DNA of 63,585 nt, filler included, from Octopus bimaculoides (taxonomy: Eukaryota), in assembly GCF_001194135.2 (NCBI RefSeq). It is 5 parts of 5 records of this genome, joined end to end, with 100 filler letters (N's around TTAATTAATTAA, not from the genome) between each part and the next. Parts side by side here need not be neighbours in the genome. Positions count along the whole stretch, not along the records: positions 20,795 to 42,501 come from NC_068990.1; positions 42,602 to 54,524 come from NC_068999.1; 3 more parts are not named here. One strand, 5' to 3'. Under the pieces are notes generated by a model, which was given only the letters and a program-made list of their open reading frames with translations, was not told the DNA's origin and searched no databases. Shown here piece by piece: positions 33,255 to 45,800 of the stretch. Every line of letters begins with the position of its first letter. Positions within the stretch are counted from its first letter, which is position 1. The position numbers were made by a program, and so were the translations under genes.

Positions 33255-36100
33255 GGGGGAACAGATTAGGTTTATCCGTGGAGAGGAAAGCCTACGGAAA
33301 AGACCACGGTCACCTCAGGCTTTTTTTAAAAAAAGGTACATGAAAGTAAGTACCTTTTCTCTCTTTTTCTTACATGTTTATGCTTAAACTGGTGTCGTCT
33401 TTCATTCTTGCCACATTTACCCATTTTTTATTGAAACATTCATTCGATAACACTTTCCTCTCTATTCTTATCCTCCTTTTCAAGTGGTATTTGAAAAAGT
33501 TGACGAGAGACTGACCAGAGAGGGAAGTGTTTGTTTGTAAACCTTTCAAACGCGTCCACCACACGCACTCTTTTGCCATAGCTATCAGTGTTACAAAAAC
33601 CGTTTTTCCTTCCCGTTTAAAGGAAGGTGGCGGAACAATATTCACGATAGACTCGGCTGATAAGTGGGCTAGTCCCACNNNNNNNNNNNNNNNNNNNNNN
33701 NNNNNNNNNNNNNNNNNNNNNNNNNNNNNNNNNNNNNNNNNNNNNNNNNNNNNNNNNNNNNNNNNNNNNNNNNNNNNNNNNNNNNNNNNNNNNNNNNNNN
33801 NNNNNNNNNNNNNNNNNNNNNNNNNNNNNNNNNNNNNNNNNNNNNNNNNNNNNNNNNNNNNNNNNNNNNNNNNNNNNNNNNNNNNNNNNNNNNNNNNNNN
33901 NNNNNNNNNNNNNNNNNNNNNNNNNNNNNNNNNNNNNNNNNNNNNNNNNNNNNNNNNNNNNNNNNNNNNNNNNNNNNNNNNNNNNNNNNNNNNNNNNNNN
34001 NNNNNNNNNNNNNNNNNNNNNNNNNNNNNNNNNNNNNNNNNNNNNNNNNNNNNNNNNNNNNNNNNNNNNNNNNNNNNNNNNNNNNNNNNNNNNNNNNNNN
34101 NNNNNNNNNNNNNNNNNNNNNNNNNNNNNNNNNNNNAGTTGCACAAGTTTGATCCCGGACGGCAGAGCTGTTGTAGAGCTTGGCGACACTCGCGGTGCCA
34201 ATCACCCAGTTTCGGTCTCTTCCTGATCCATGTTTGCAGTTCGGTGAGTGAGACGAGCTGCGGGAAGGCGTGCCTCACAAATGGCGCCCACACCTGTTCA
34301 CCGTCGTCAATGAAGTTCCAGAGATGCCGCAGTCTCAGCGCATGTCTGCGCATCATTAACCACGGCATCCCCAGTCCTCCACGTAACGGTTGTTGACAGC
34401 AAATGGATCGCCTCACCATCGGAACGCCACCCTTCCACAGAAAGCGGAAAAGTATGCGGGAGGGTTACTGAGTCTGGTTTCACTGATAGCTATGATTTCT
34501 ATGTTGTGACTTGATGTCATTTAGAAGATAGATAACCTTGCTTCCAAGCTGACGCCAAGCCACGTACATTTACACAACCTAATTTAAGCATAATTCACGT
34601 CGAAATTTGTGTTTCATACACAACAGTAAAAGGGACAAGGGAGAAGGTTACTTACTCATTTCGAAAGTTTTAGCTTCCTCTTCTTTTGAAGTATCTTGGA
34701 GGAGGTTTTTGAAGAGTTTCTTTGATAAATATGTTTGGAACCCCCCAACCGCATTCGGAAAGAGGGTTTTGAGTGTGTGGTGCTGCGTTTGTGTGATGTG
34801 AACTATCTTGATGTGTTTCGGTGGTGTAGTGCGTGGATGATTGTTAAGCTTATAATAATCTTCAGAAATGTTTGTGTGAGATATGATGTAGTCCATTAGG
34901 CTTGTGTTTTTTGTGTCTAACGCTGATAGCATTGTGTGTGTTTTTGTGATGTTGGTGCTGGTTTGGTTGTGCAAGGGTCTTTCAGCGGTTACATATTTCC
35001 CTGCTTTGCATGCATTTAATTTTGGTATTGTTTTTGATCTTTTTCTTTTACCTCCTGTGGCTATTTGCCATTCTGTAGAACTTTCATCGTTAGACGAAAT
35101 GACTGACGAATCAGAAGTGGGTAAAGACAAAGCATTTGGTTCTATTTGTGTGTTTGTAGATGGTGTTGTGGTGTGTGGTGCGTGTGTTGTTGGGGAATTG
35201 GGAGTAGTATTGGTCTCTTCGTTCTCAGTGGTTGTCTTCTTGGTTGTTGTTCTTGGTGTTGGTGTTGGTCTGTCTTTAGTTGTTGTTGGTGGTGTTGTTT
35301 CTGTTTTTGGTGCAGGTGGTGGTATTGTTTGGTTGGGTTGGTTTGTTCGTTGTTGCCGTTCTTTCGTTTTCGCATATAGCTGCTTGATCAGTTGTGCATA
35401 CGGTGTGTGGGNNNNNNNNNNGGTGGTGGTATTGTTTGGTTGGGTTGGTTTGTTCGTTGTTGCCGTTCTTTCGTTTTCGCATATAGCTGCTTGATCAGTT
35501 GTGCATACGGTGTGTGGGTAATAATGCTGGTGTTTTGGGTTTTTGGTTTTCCCGTGGCTGTTGTTGTTGTTCGTGTTGTTGTTGCTGTTGTTTCGCGGCA
35601 GAATTGCAATCCTTTTGAAAGTGAGCTTCACTGCCGCATATGTAACAGCGTGGTCGTCTGCCTTCCACCACTACATACAGCCTTTGCGCTGATGGTAACT
35701 GTATGTAGGTGGGTATTTTATTTAGTGACTCCTGGGTAATAAGGAGAAGGATCTCCATTTTTTTACCCACCCACTGTTGCTGTTCAGAAACAGTAATTTG
35801 TAATATGTCGACCTCCTCCATATCGACACATACGGCTGATGTTATCCATAGTGTGTCTACCATGGGAGGAATATTTTTTATGATAACCTTTGTTACCCTC
35901 TGACCAAGGTAACTCGGTATCATTGTTATGTCTTCTGTCTTAAGAGTTAGCGTTGAGAATCGTTTCGCTAACTCTTCACTTTGAAAAATAACTTGCACAT
36001 GGGCAAATTTATGCCACCAAGTAACATAATCTTTATGTGGTCATACAAATCGCAAGCATTTTTAGATCTTTTCTGTGCTTGCTTTTTCTGTTTTTTTTTG
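33255..36100 (-). mobile_element. L1/Tx1-clade LINE: ORF1 plus internally deleted ORF2 plus 3' UTR
   Basis: ORF1 with zinc knuckle CYICGSEAHFQKDC and a low-complexity tail. ORF2 start MLKLGCVNVRGLAS..AISETRL is fused at ~34462 to RILFRFLWKGG..CCQQPLRGGLGMP. C-terminus AKECVWWTR. Confidence 0.85.
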
Positions 36101-36224
36101 TTTTGGAGTTTAAAATTTTATAAANNNNNNNNNNNNNNNNNNNNNNNNNNNNNNNNNNNNNNNNNNNNNNNNNNNNNNNNNNNNNNNNNNNNNNNNNNNN
36201 NNNNNNNNNNNNNNNNNNNNNNNN

Positions 36225-36628
36225 GGAGGTTGTCATGGATGCTCCGGCCCGGCACGGTGCACGTTTGCGCCTTGCTGACCAGTTTCTCAATGACAAGCGC
36301 CAACCGCTTGGCTAACACCTTGGCCAAAATTTTCAGGTCTGCATTGAGCAGAGTGATAGGCTTAAAGTTATCTATGACGTCTCCCTTGTTTGGATCTTTC
36401 TTCAGCAGCGTTACGGCTCCTCGGATCACAATACCAGGAATGCTTCCGTTCTGCTGCCAGTTGCAGTACACCGCCGCCAAGACGTCTCCAAACAAGTCTG
36501 GCATACAGTTGTAAAGCTCGTAGGGCAGACCATCCAAACCCGGAGATTTGTCTCTCGAGCATCCCGCCATCGCGTCCCTCACTTCTGCCGCCGTGATGGC
36601 ACCTTCGCAGCACTCCGCCTCTCTTGCC
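36225..36628 (-). mobile_element. L1/Tx1 reverse transcriptase N-terminal fragment on a short contig between gaps
   Basis: KSPGLDGLPYELY; NFKPITLLNADLKILAKVLAKRL; QTCTVPGRSIHDNL. Confidence 0.92.
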
Positions 36629-37609
36629 NNNNNNNNNNNNNNNNNNNNNNNNNNNNNNNNNNNNNNNNNNNNNNNNNNNNNNNNNNNNNNNNNNNNNNNN
36701 NNNNNNNNNNNNNNNNNNNNNNNNNNNNNNNNNNNNNNNNNNNNNNNNNNNNNNNNNNNNNNNNNNNNNNNNNNNNNNNNNNNNNNNNNNNNNNNNNNNN
36801 NNNNNNNNNNNNNNNNNNNNNNNNNNNNNNNNNNNNNNNNNNNNNNNNNNNNNNNNNNNNNNNNNNNNNNNNNNNNNNNNNNNNNNNNNNNNNNNNNNNN
36901 NNNNNNNNNNNNNNNNNNNNNNNNNNNNNNNNNNNNNNNNNNNNNNNNNNNNNNNNNNNNNNNNNNNNNNNNNNNNNNNNNNNNNNNNNNNNNNNNNNNN
37001 NNNNNNNNNNNNNNNNNNNNNNNNNNNNNNNNNNNNNNNNNNNNNNNNNNNNNNNNNNNNNNNNNNNNNNNNNNNNNNNNNNNNNNNNNNNNNNNNNNNN
37101 NNNNNNNNNNNNNNNNNNNNNNNNNNNNNNNNNNNNNNNNNNNNNNNNNNNNNNNNNNNNNNNNNNNNNNNNNNNNNNNNNNNNNNNNNNNNNNNNNNNN
37201 NNNNNNNNNNNNNNNNNNNNNNNNNNNNNNNNNNNNNNNNNNNNNNNNNNNNNNNNNNNNNNNNNNNNNNNNNNNNNNNNNNNNNNNNNNNNNNNNNNNN
37301 NNNNNNNNNNNNNNNNNNNNNNNNNNNNNNNNNNNNNNNNNNNNNNNNNNNNNNNNNNNNNNNNNNNNNNNNNNNNNNNNNNNNNNNNNNNNNNNNNNNN
37401 NNNNNNNNNNNNNNNNNNNNNNNNNNNNNNNNNNNNNNNNNNNNNNNNNNNNNNNNNNNNNNNNNNNNNNNNNNNNNNNNNNNNNNNNNNNNNNNNNNNN
37501 NNNNNNNNNNNNNNNNNNNNNNNNNNNNNNNNNNNNNNNNNNNNNNNNNCTGTTTTGGTTACTACTGTAATATGACATAAGTCTTTCATTCTTTATTTTC
37601 TTAAAACAG

Positions 37610-38172
37610 AAATGGATAAGCTGATGACAAGCTTCCACCAGGGAACTGCACCATTTAATGCCACCTTTCAAGTTAGAGTATATAATTCTTTAAGGATGTC
37701 AGGTACAGTTTCCCTGCTCCGGACTACTAAATTTCTCCCCGTAGATCGGGGCGAAGCGAGTGAAGTTTTCACCAAAGCGACCCAGTACTCAACAAAAGAG
37801 GACACCCAAAGAAGTTACATTGAAGAACTTGGTACCAACTTTATGGAATATAAGAAAGACGATTTTAAAATCGGTCCCGTCGACGTTCAGCTTTCGAAAT
37901 CATTTAAAGAGCTGAAAGAAATTAAACTCTCTCCCAGCGACTTAGTAGACGGATCAGAAATCGGTTTCATAGATTCAATAGCTATCGATAAGTTTACTGA
38001 AAACGAATCGGAAATTGGTATTGATCGCTGGCTCTGGTCAGAATCACGTTATCCCATCACTGTTTATCCAGTCATGCTAAAGGCAGATCCACATAAAGCA
38101 GAACGAATAAAAGAAATGCAGAAGTATCGTGACCTCTATAAGTTAAAATACGTAGAGGGCTTCCCTCTTAAG
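37610..38172 (+). CDS. Putative coding exon A of an unidentified host gene (187 codons from ATG 37612)
   Basis: Acceptor TTTTCTTAAAACAG|, A-3/G+4 context ATG, stop-free complex (non-repeat) ORF, phase-0 donor AAG|GTGAGT. Confidence 0.62.
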
Positions 38173-38539
38173 GTGAGTATATATCTGGTATTGTAATAAA
38201 AAGATGATTTTAATTGTTTTGTTTTCCATTTATTATTAAACTGAAAATGGTGAGGATTATATGGCTGAGTCTAGCTATGAATTCATCGCTTGCCGGGTAA
38301 CCATAATACCGATTAGTGCGAATGGGCTCGGCTATATGTTTTGTAAACAAAATTCAAGAGAATATTTTATAATGTATATGAAATAATTTTAGACTTCTTA
38401 CTCTGGTAGTTGTTATTAGCAATTGAATTTCCCATTACAGTTAAATTCCTCTGGCCAGGAATCGAACCTGCATCGTAGACTTAGAGCAACCAAGATGACA
38501 AGATGAAATGTCTAATTTTTTTGAGGAGAAGATTGTGGA

Positions 38540-40173
38540 AATTCTCCAAAAGACAAATTTTTCTATCCAGGTTGATGATAGCGGAATTCATAACCAAGCT
38601 ATCCTTCTGGTCTATGTCAGATTCATCCATGAAGATGATATAAGGGAAGAAATGTAATTCATTAAAAGTTTGCCTGAAACTACTAATGGAGAAGATATAT
38701 TCAATGAAGTAATGCGATATTTTAATGATGAAAATATTCCATTGACTAATTTGATCAACATTGCATCAGATGGGGCTGCAACTATGACTGGAAAAATGAA
38801 GACGTTGTTTCTAGAATGAAACCAGTTGCTCTTCATATTTTTTATACACATTGCATTATCCACAGACAGCATTTGGTTGCTAAGAATATTGGAGGACACA
38901 TGGAAGAAGCACTCAACATTGCCATACATGCAATTAACTTTGTCAAATCAAACTCAGTGACTAATAGATTCTTTATGCAATTCTGTGAAGATGAAGATTT
39001 TAAAACCCTATTGCTTCACACAGAAATAAGATGGTTGTGAAAAGGCCTGAGCCTTGGAAGACTAGTGAATTGGTGGGAACCATTAATCAACTTTCTCATG
39101 TTCAAGAGTTAGATGACTCATTACAACACCAAGAAACAAGCTGATACAACTAAGAAAATTTTGGAAAGGCTTTCTGAGTTTAAATCAAAAATATTCTACT
39201 TGAGTGATATTTTTAAAACAGTGAATCTGCTTAACTTAGGGCTGCAAGGTAGAAAATCAGATTTGGTCACCTATTCTCAGAAGATAAAAGGGTGTATGGG
39301 GAAATTAAAAATTTTGGAAAAAAACAGTTTGAAAAAAAAAATTGGCATCATTTCAAAATTTTAACACCACAGCTCCTACATCAGAATGCATTGCTGCATG
39401 CATTATCCTTCTTGAAGGTCTTCATGTAGACTTTGAGAGAAGGTACAATGATTTATTAAAGATAGATTATCCACTCTGGTTTGTAGACCNNNNNNNNNNN
39501 NNNNNNNNNNNNNNNNNNNNNNNNNNNNNNNNNNNNNNNNNNNNNNNNNNNNNNNNNNNNNNNNNNNNNNNNNNNNNNNNNNNNNNNNNNNNNNNNNNNN
39601 NNNNNNNNNNNNNNNNNNNNNNNNNNNNNNNNNNNNNNNNNNNNNNNNNNNNNNNNNNNNNNNNNNNNNNNNNNNNNNNNNNGTCTTTGCCTACATATCG
39701 ATAAAGGAATCACACCCGACATGTAGAAGCAAGCATCATTTCTTTCCCTACCACATGGATGGTGGAATCTGCATTTTCAGCTGTTGTAGATATTTTAAGT
39801 AGAAAAAGAAATAAATTAGATGTGAACAGCAGAGCAACTATCAGACTAAGACTAAATGAGTTCATTAAAATTATGATATCTTGTATCAGAAACACCAATA
39901 TCAAGCTAGTCACTAGCTGAATGGACTAAAAATGAACGACTTTATGAAAAAGGATTTTGATATCTTGTGTTTATCTTTGTTTACTAAAATAAATTTTAAA
40001 TTTTATCTTTTGTTTGCTAAAATAAATTTTAGAGTGTAAATTGACTATTTTGTCTTTTCATTAAGTATTTTAGTGTGAAAATAGAACAGTATAAAGTAAA
40101 AGTAGAAGTGGTCCCTAGAAATGTTTTCAAGTAAAAAATGGTCCCTGGAACTGAAAAAGGTTGGGATCCACTG
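38540..40173 (+). mobile_element. hAT (Charlie/Buster-like) transposon relic, 5'-truncated
   Basis: IASDGAATMTGK; HCIIHRQHLVAK; LLHTEIRWL; FPTTWMVESAFS. Terminal AAAAGGTTGGGATCCACTG. Confidence 0.9.
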
Positions 40174-40389
40174 CTGTAAACGGTATGTAGAACTTCAGCT
40201 AATCGGAAGCCGTCTAGATGTGCCATTGAACGACGTGTTCCACAGCACTGCATTGTGTTGTAGCTATTGCTGATGTTGATGCAGTGTTATTGAAGGGTTG
40301 TTTTGGCTGCTATTTCTAACCCCTTATCTTTGTGTAATAATTCATGAAGATTTTTCAAATGCCCACAAGGATACACACATTATTGGCTG

Positions 40390-40609
40390 AAGGCGGCGAG
40401 ATGGTAGAATCGTTAGCGCGCCGGGCGAAATGCGTAGCGGTATCTCGCCTGTCATTATGTCCTGAGTTCAAGTTCCTCTAAGGTCGACTTTGCCTTTCAT
40501 CCTTTCGGGGTCGATAAATTAAGTACCACTGAAACGCTGGGGTCGATGTAATCGACTAGTCCCCTCCCCCAAAATTCCAGGCCTTGTGCCTATAATAGAA
40601 AGGATTATT
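40390..40609 (+). mobile_element. tRNA-derived SINE (same family as 25836-26063)
   Basis: GGCGGCGAGATGGTAGAATCGTTAGC...GAGTTCAAG...GTCGACTTTGCCTTTCATCCTTTCGGGGTCGAT... ending TAGAAAGGATTATT. Confidence 0.88.
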
Positions 40610-41804
40610 TTATTAGTTGAAGGTTTCAAGTGACCGGTATTGATTGCTACTTTATATTATCGATCTCCTCCTCTGGAATTAGGAAAGTTAAACTGGATCG
40701 TGGTGGCATTTGATGTAAAGACGCAAGAAGACATAATTAAATAACACAATTTCAATTGGAAGGATGCTCATAAGNNNNNNNNNNNNNNNNNNNNNNNNNN
40801 NNNNNNNNNNNNNNNNNNNNNNNNNNNNNNNNNNNNNNNNNNNNNNNNNNNNNNNNNNNNNNNNNNNNNNNNNNNNNNNNNNNNNNNNNNNNNNNNNNNN
40901 NNNNNNNNNNNNNNNNNNNNNNNNNNNNNNNNNNNNNNNNNNNNNNNNNNNNNNNNNNNNNNNNNNNNNNNNNNNNNNNNNNNNNNNNNNNNNNNNNNNN
41001 NNNNNNNNNNNNNNNNNNNNNNNNNNNNNNNNNNNNNNNNNNNNNNNNNNNNNNNNNNNNNNNNNNNNNNNNNNNNNNNNNNNNNNNNNNNNNNNNNNNN
41101 NNNNNNNNNNNNNNNNNNNNNNNNNNNTATATATAAATAGAGACATGTGGATGTATGAATAATTTATTTATATGATATAATGAGGTTGAAAGTTTTGGGG
41201 ATTACTTAATTCCTAATGAGGACCTGACATCCTTGAATTGACTATATATATGTGTGTGTGTGAGTGTGTGTGTGTGTAAATTGAATAGAGTCAACAGGAA
41301 GAACTAAATTTATTAGTCTAATTTTTATAACAGTTCAACCATCAGTGCAGTGAAATAATGGAAGCACGCATAATGTTGAATTGAGTATATCAACATGAAT
41401 CTTACTAGTTGAACAGTATGTTAAGGTAAAATTTGAAGTCCCAATCAACTGAAAATGATGAATAAAATGCTGAATCTACTAACAGTAGTGCTCTCTATCA
41501 ATTAACAGCATCAAATGCTACGTTTAAGTGTGTGTGTGTGTGTGTCTGTGCGTGCGTGTGTGTGAGAGAAATAGATAGAGAGAGAAGAAGAAGAAGAAGA
41601 AGAAGAAGGAGAGGAGGAGAGACAGGGAACGCGATAAATATACATCTGCTTTTTGTGCTTGTAACTGTATGTATGAGTAAGTATCTATGGGAAATATAGA
41701 AAACATGTATCGAATATATGTGCTGTCCGTATCAGTCACGTCTCTTTCCTCCCATGCAAACTTGACATTTCAGCCCTTAAATAAAACGAAACATTTTATT
41801 TCAG

Positions 41805-41933
41805 ATAAGAATAGGATTTAGGAAAATTCAACAGAAGGTCCAAGATTGTGTTGCTGGATTAGTAATAAGTACACTGGAGAAGCTAGAAGACTTTGACTTG
41901 ATTTACACCTATAGCCTACGTCCGCAGCCAAAG
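41805..41933 (+). CDS. Putative coding exon B (IRIGFRKIQQKVQDCVAGLVISTLEKLEDFDLIYTYSLRPQPK)
   Basis: Acceptor TTTTATTTCAG|, 129 bp open in phase 0, donor AAG|GTATGT. Joins exon A in frame. Confidence 0.6.
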
Positions 41934-42079
41934 GTATGTACTTAGAATCGCTATATTTTTGAAAATACCTCATGTATTTTAGGAGGAACACACCTATTCA
42001 AACTCATACATACATACATACATACAATGACTAAATAGAGATAAATTATCCAGGCAGGTACCGCAACATTATAATCCAG

Positions 42080-42211
42080 GTACCGGCTAATCACACCAAT
42101 AAGAAGCATCAAGGATCACTTAGGATGAGCAATCTCACTGTAATTCTTCTAATGAGTAAATCCGGGTTCGCTTCGTTGTATTATGAATATTTTCAGGAGT
42201 GTAAATCCAAA
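42080..42211 (+). CDS. Putative coding exon C (VPANHTNKKHQGSLRMSNLTVILLMSKSGFASLYYEYFQECKSK), truncated by a gap
   Basis: Open in phase 0 after a weak ATAATCCAG acceptor. The 3' end lies in an N run. Confidence 0.35.
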
Positions 42212-42260
42212 NNNNNNNNNNNNNNNNNNNNNNNNNNNNNNNNNNNNNNNNNNNNNNNNN

Positions 42261-42309
<49 letters not shown>

Positions 42310-42409
42310 CTGTATATATGTATGTATGTATATATCGATATTTGTATGTATGTATGTATGTATGTATGTATGTATGTATGTATGTATGTTTGTTGAAGCA
42401 TGTCTCTAG

Positions 42410-42501
42410 GAGAAGGTCACTCTGATATAAAACCAAATATGAAGGGAATGGCATTGGACATTTTGGGGATCTTTGGTTTGTGCTAGAGATTACGGCGCTC
42501 C
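42410..42501 (+). CDS. Putative coding exon D ((G)EGHSDIKPNMKGMALDIFGDLWFVLEITAL), truncated by a gap
   Basis: Acceptor TGTCTCTAG|, open in phase 1 up to the N run. Confidence 0.35.
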
Positions 42502-42676
42502 NNNNNNNNNNNNNNNNNNNNNNNNNNNNNNNNNNNNNNNNNNNNTTAATTAATTAANNNNNNNNNNNNNNNNNNNNNNNNNNNNNNNNNNNNNNNNNNN
42601 NTATATATATCTATATACGAACGATACGCTTCTGTAAGGTTCCGTCTACCAAATCCACTCACATTGCACACATTTA

Positions 42677-42870
42677 AGGCGGCAGAAAGAAAATGCGTAG
42701 CAACATTTCTTCTGTTTCTACGTTCTGAGTTCAAACGTCGCGAAGGTCAATTTTGCCTTCTTCCTTTTGGGGTCGATAAAATAAGTACTAATTAGGCACT
42801 TAAGTCGATGTAACTGTCTTTCCTCCCCTAAAAATTGCTTCTCTTATGCCAAAATTAAAAAGAATTATAT
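42677..42870 (+). mobile_element. Degenerate tRNA-derived SINE
   Basis: GGCGGCAG...CGTTCTGAGTTCAAAC...TTTGCCTTCTTCCTTTTGGGGTCGATAAAATAAGTAC. Confidence 0.75.
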
Positions 42871-45800
42871 ATTTTTTTAGCTCATTATAATTTATACCGA
42901 TATCAAATCCTCTTCTGCAATGTGAGAAGCGTTTAAACGATATCTTGCATATTTATCCTTCATCTTTTTCGCTAGACTCGAGCGTGAAACGCTAATGACT
43001 GCTGTACTTCGTTGCAAGAGTACGATTTGTCCTTTACAACAACGTATTCGTTATACACTCGATTCACTAGTACAGGGGAATTGATTGTATTATGAACACA
43101 TTCGTTGTAAAAGAGAACTTGTCCCCTTATGAGAAAACTAAACAGCGATTAGCATGGTTACGTTCAAATCGGTTGGCATAAACTAAGAATAAATATTCTA
43201 TATCGTAATATATCATTATTGCTATTACTTTATATTAAATTATATAATATATGATATATTACAATATTAATATATTATATTTCATTATATCATTTTATAT
43301 TAGATTAAATTCCATTATTGTTGCATTACATTGTATTGCATTATATTTTATTAGAAAGAGCGCGTGATGTGAAATCGATAAAGAAATATCCAGAACTATT
43401 TCAGATATTTAACAACGCCGCTTTAAGTTATGAGTTCAAATCACGCCATCCTTGTGTTTTCTTTCATCATTTACGGGATATATAAAATAACAAGCAATGA
43501 ACTGCTGTACTTCGTTATATCGATGTAACCCACTCGTAAAAAATATGTAGCCTTTTGCCTATAATAAAAAATCATAGCATCAGATTATAGGATATTATAT
43601 TATATCATATATAATAAGCATATCATGTTATTATATTAGATCATATATTATAAAATGGATTATCATATTAATATTATGCAATTATTATATTTTTTCTTCC
43701 TCTATTGCAACGATAAACGTTTGTTTATATCTATGAACTAATATTTTCCCTAAACATCAATAACATCTCCAATATCGGCGTCCACGTAATATTATTTATT
43801 ATTTGGATAGACTAGACTATGTACCCCATAGCTAAGCGACGGCATGCATCAGTCAACACTGGCTGAAACAAGATCGATAATCTGTCTAAATTATTGCTCA
43901 TTTTGCTTGAAAAAAAAATGGCGCAGGCGGGGAGAAATAAAAATCGTGATTGAAAATCGGTCGACCTTGAACTCATGCAATTCGATTACACTTTATTGCA
44001 GTTGTTCCTTACACCAACGTCAGCTGTGATCGATCAGACCTACCTCCAAGCAAAGATGCTCCAACCGTGGCCACCACGTATTTCAATTATTCACAATACA
44101 TCCTTGACTACATTATCCAGTGTCTCGCCTCCATTCTTATGAGGGTCGGATGAGATAGGTTTATCACAGAAGCTAAAGCTGTGGTGGAGGGGTTTTTTTT
44201 CCGAGACAGATAGATGCAATTCGTTCACAGTCATCTACTCAATGTAAACTGCTGACTTCCTTATGCACCTGACATTAAAGGACAACATGCAAACTTGCTG
44301 TGCGTTGGTAGATTTATATTCTTTACCGACGTAAAATTCTTTATTTAATGCTGGTTGTTGAAATGGCTACACTATCTGTGCAACTGTAACTGATTTTTAC
44401 ATTGTTCTTATTGATTAATTTTGTAGTATTGGTGATTTTTAGGAAACACATGTGTATCAAAATCAGACGATTTCTACGCGGGACTCTATATTGAAAATAT
44501 GTGCAGATTAGATTATATACACATGAATTATCTCTTATTTGGGATGTGTTTTGTTATGATTCTATATCAATTGCACATTTGCCACGACTCCATCTCATTA
44601 TTGTGCTTTAAGTGCATCTCTCTCACCTTCTTTCTCTTTCTCTTTATATATATATATATATATATATNNNNNNNNNNNNNNNNNNNNNNNNNNNNNNNNN
44701 NNNNNNNNNNNNNNNNNNNNNNNNNNNNNNNNNNNNNNNNNNNNNNNNNNNNNNNTATATATATTGAGAAAAAGGAGGCAGTCAGAAATTTGGATAATTC
44801 TTCATTAGCGCTTTCGTTCGTTTATCGAACTCAAAGCAAAAGTAAAAGAGTTATTGTTTATATCCACCAAATGTTGTAGCGTCTTGAATGAAGCAGATTT
44901 ATAACGAAAGATATTTTGAGCACAAATCATTTCGACATTTATTTAATTTGAAATATAGTATATCTTGTACATATTATTTCATGTAGCATAGAACATTATT
45001 GTACGATTTCAAAGAGACCCATGAGGTGTTTCTAGCAGATCAAACAAACTACAGTGTTTATGATACATTAATTTTTCGTTCATTTCAAAGCACAGAAAAC
45101 ACGTTTTGATTCGAGGGTTTTGTAAATGATTAGGGCGTGTGGGTAATTGGCATGTGAAAAAACAAGTTTACAGACGTGACGAAGATTTAGAGGGCATCCT
45201 TACCTTTAGTTCTTTATCAGTTGTAGAGAATTACCAGATTATAGATTTTTAGCTTTGTAATTTACCTAATCTTCCCAATATTCTAGTTACTCCTTTTGTA
45301 CTGCGTCCATCTTTCTGCCTTTTTTTTATCTTCCACATCCTCCCTTTCTACAGTTTTCCCCTGTCTTATATTCCCTTCTCTCCCTTTTAGCTTACTCTGA
45401 AAAGTCAAACGGAATGTTGAACATCATCCACAACAACAATACCAAGCAACATTAACATCAGCAACAAAAATAGCAACAACAAGAACAAAAGAAAAAAAAA
45501 GCCAAGAATCAAAAGTAAAAAATACAAAGAGAAACGGGAATTAATACCAAACGAAAATAAACAAAACAACACCAAATTCTTCTTAGTTCATTTAAATAAT
45601 TCCTCCGGTTAAACAGATGGTTATAATTACACCAGAAACAAAGTGAGCACTTATGTTCGTTGAGTACTTTTTATGTTCCATGTGAATCTACAACAGATAT
45701 TTTTGCGTTTTTCTCTGTCTTTTACGCAATTCACTTTCTGGGAACGTCCTTATCTGTCTCTTTTTTTCAAACCTTCTTGACTCTCTATTTACGCTCTTGG

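Noticed and set aside
35323-35519. ~95-bp direct duplication in L1 ORF1
   Set aside because: The two copies sit either side of a 10-N gap, typical of an unmerged contig overlap.
44440-44640. Open frame GNTCVSKSDDFYAGLYIEN after a TTTTTAG acceptor
   Set aside because: There is no convincing donor, and the frame runs into simple repeats.
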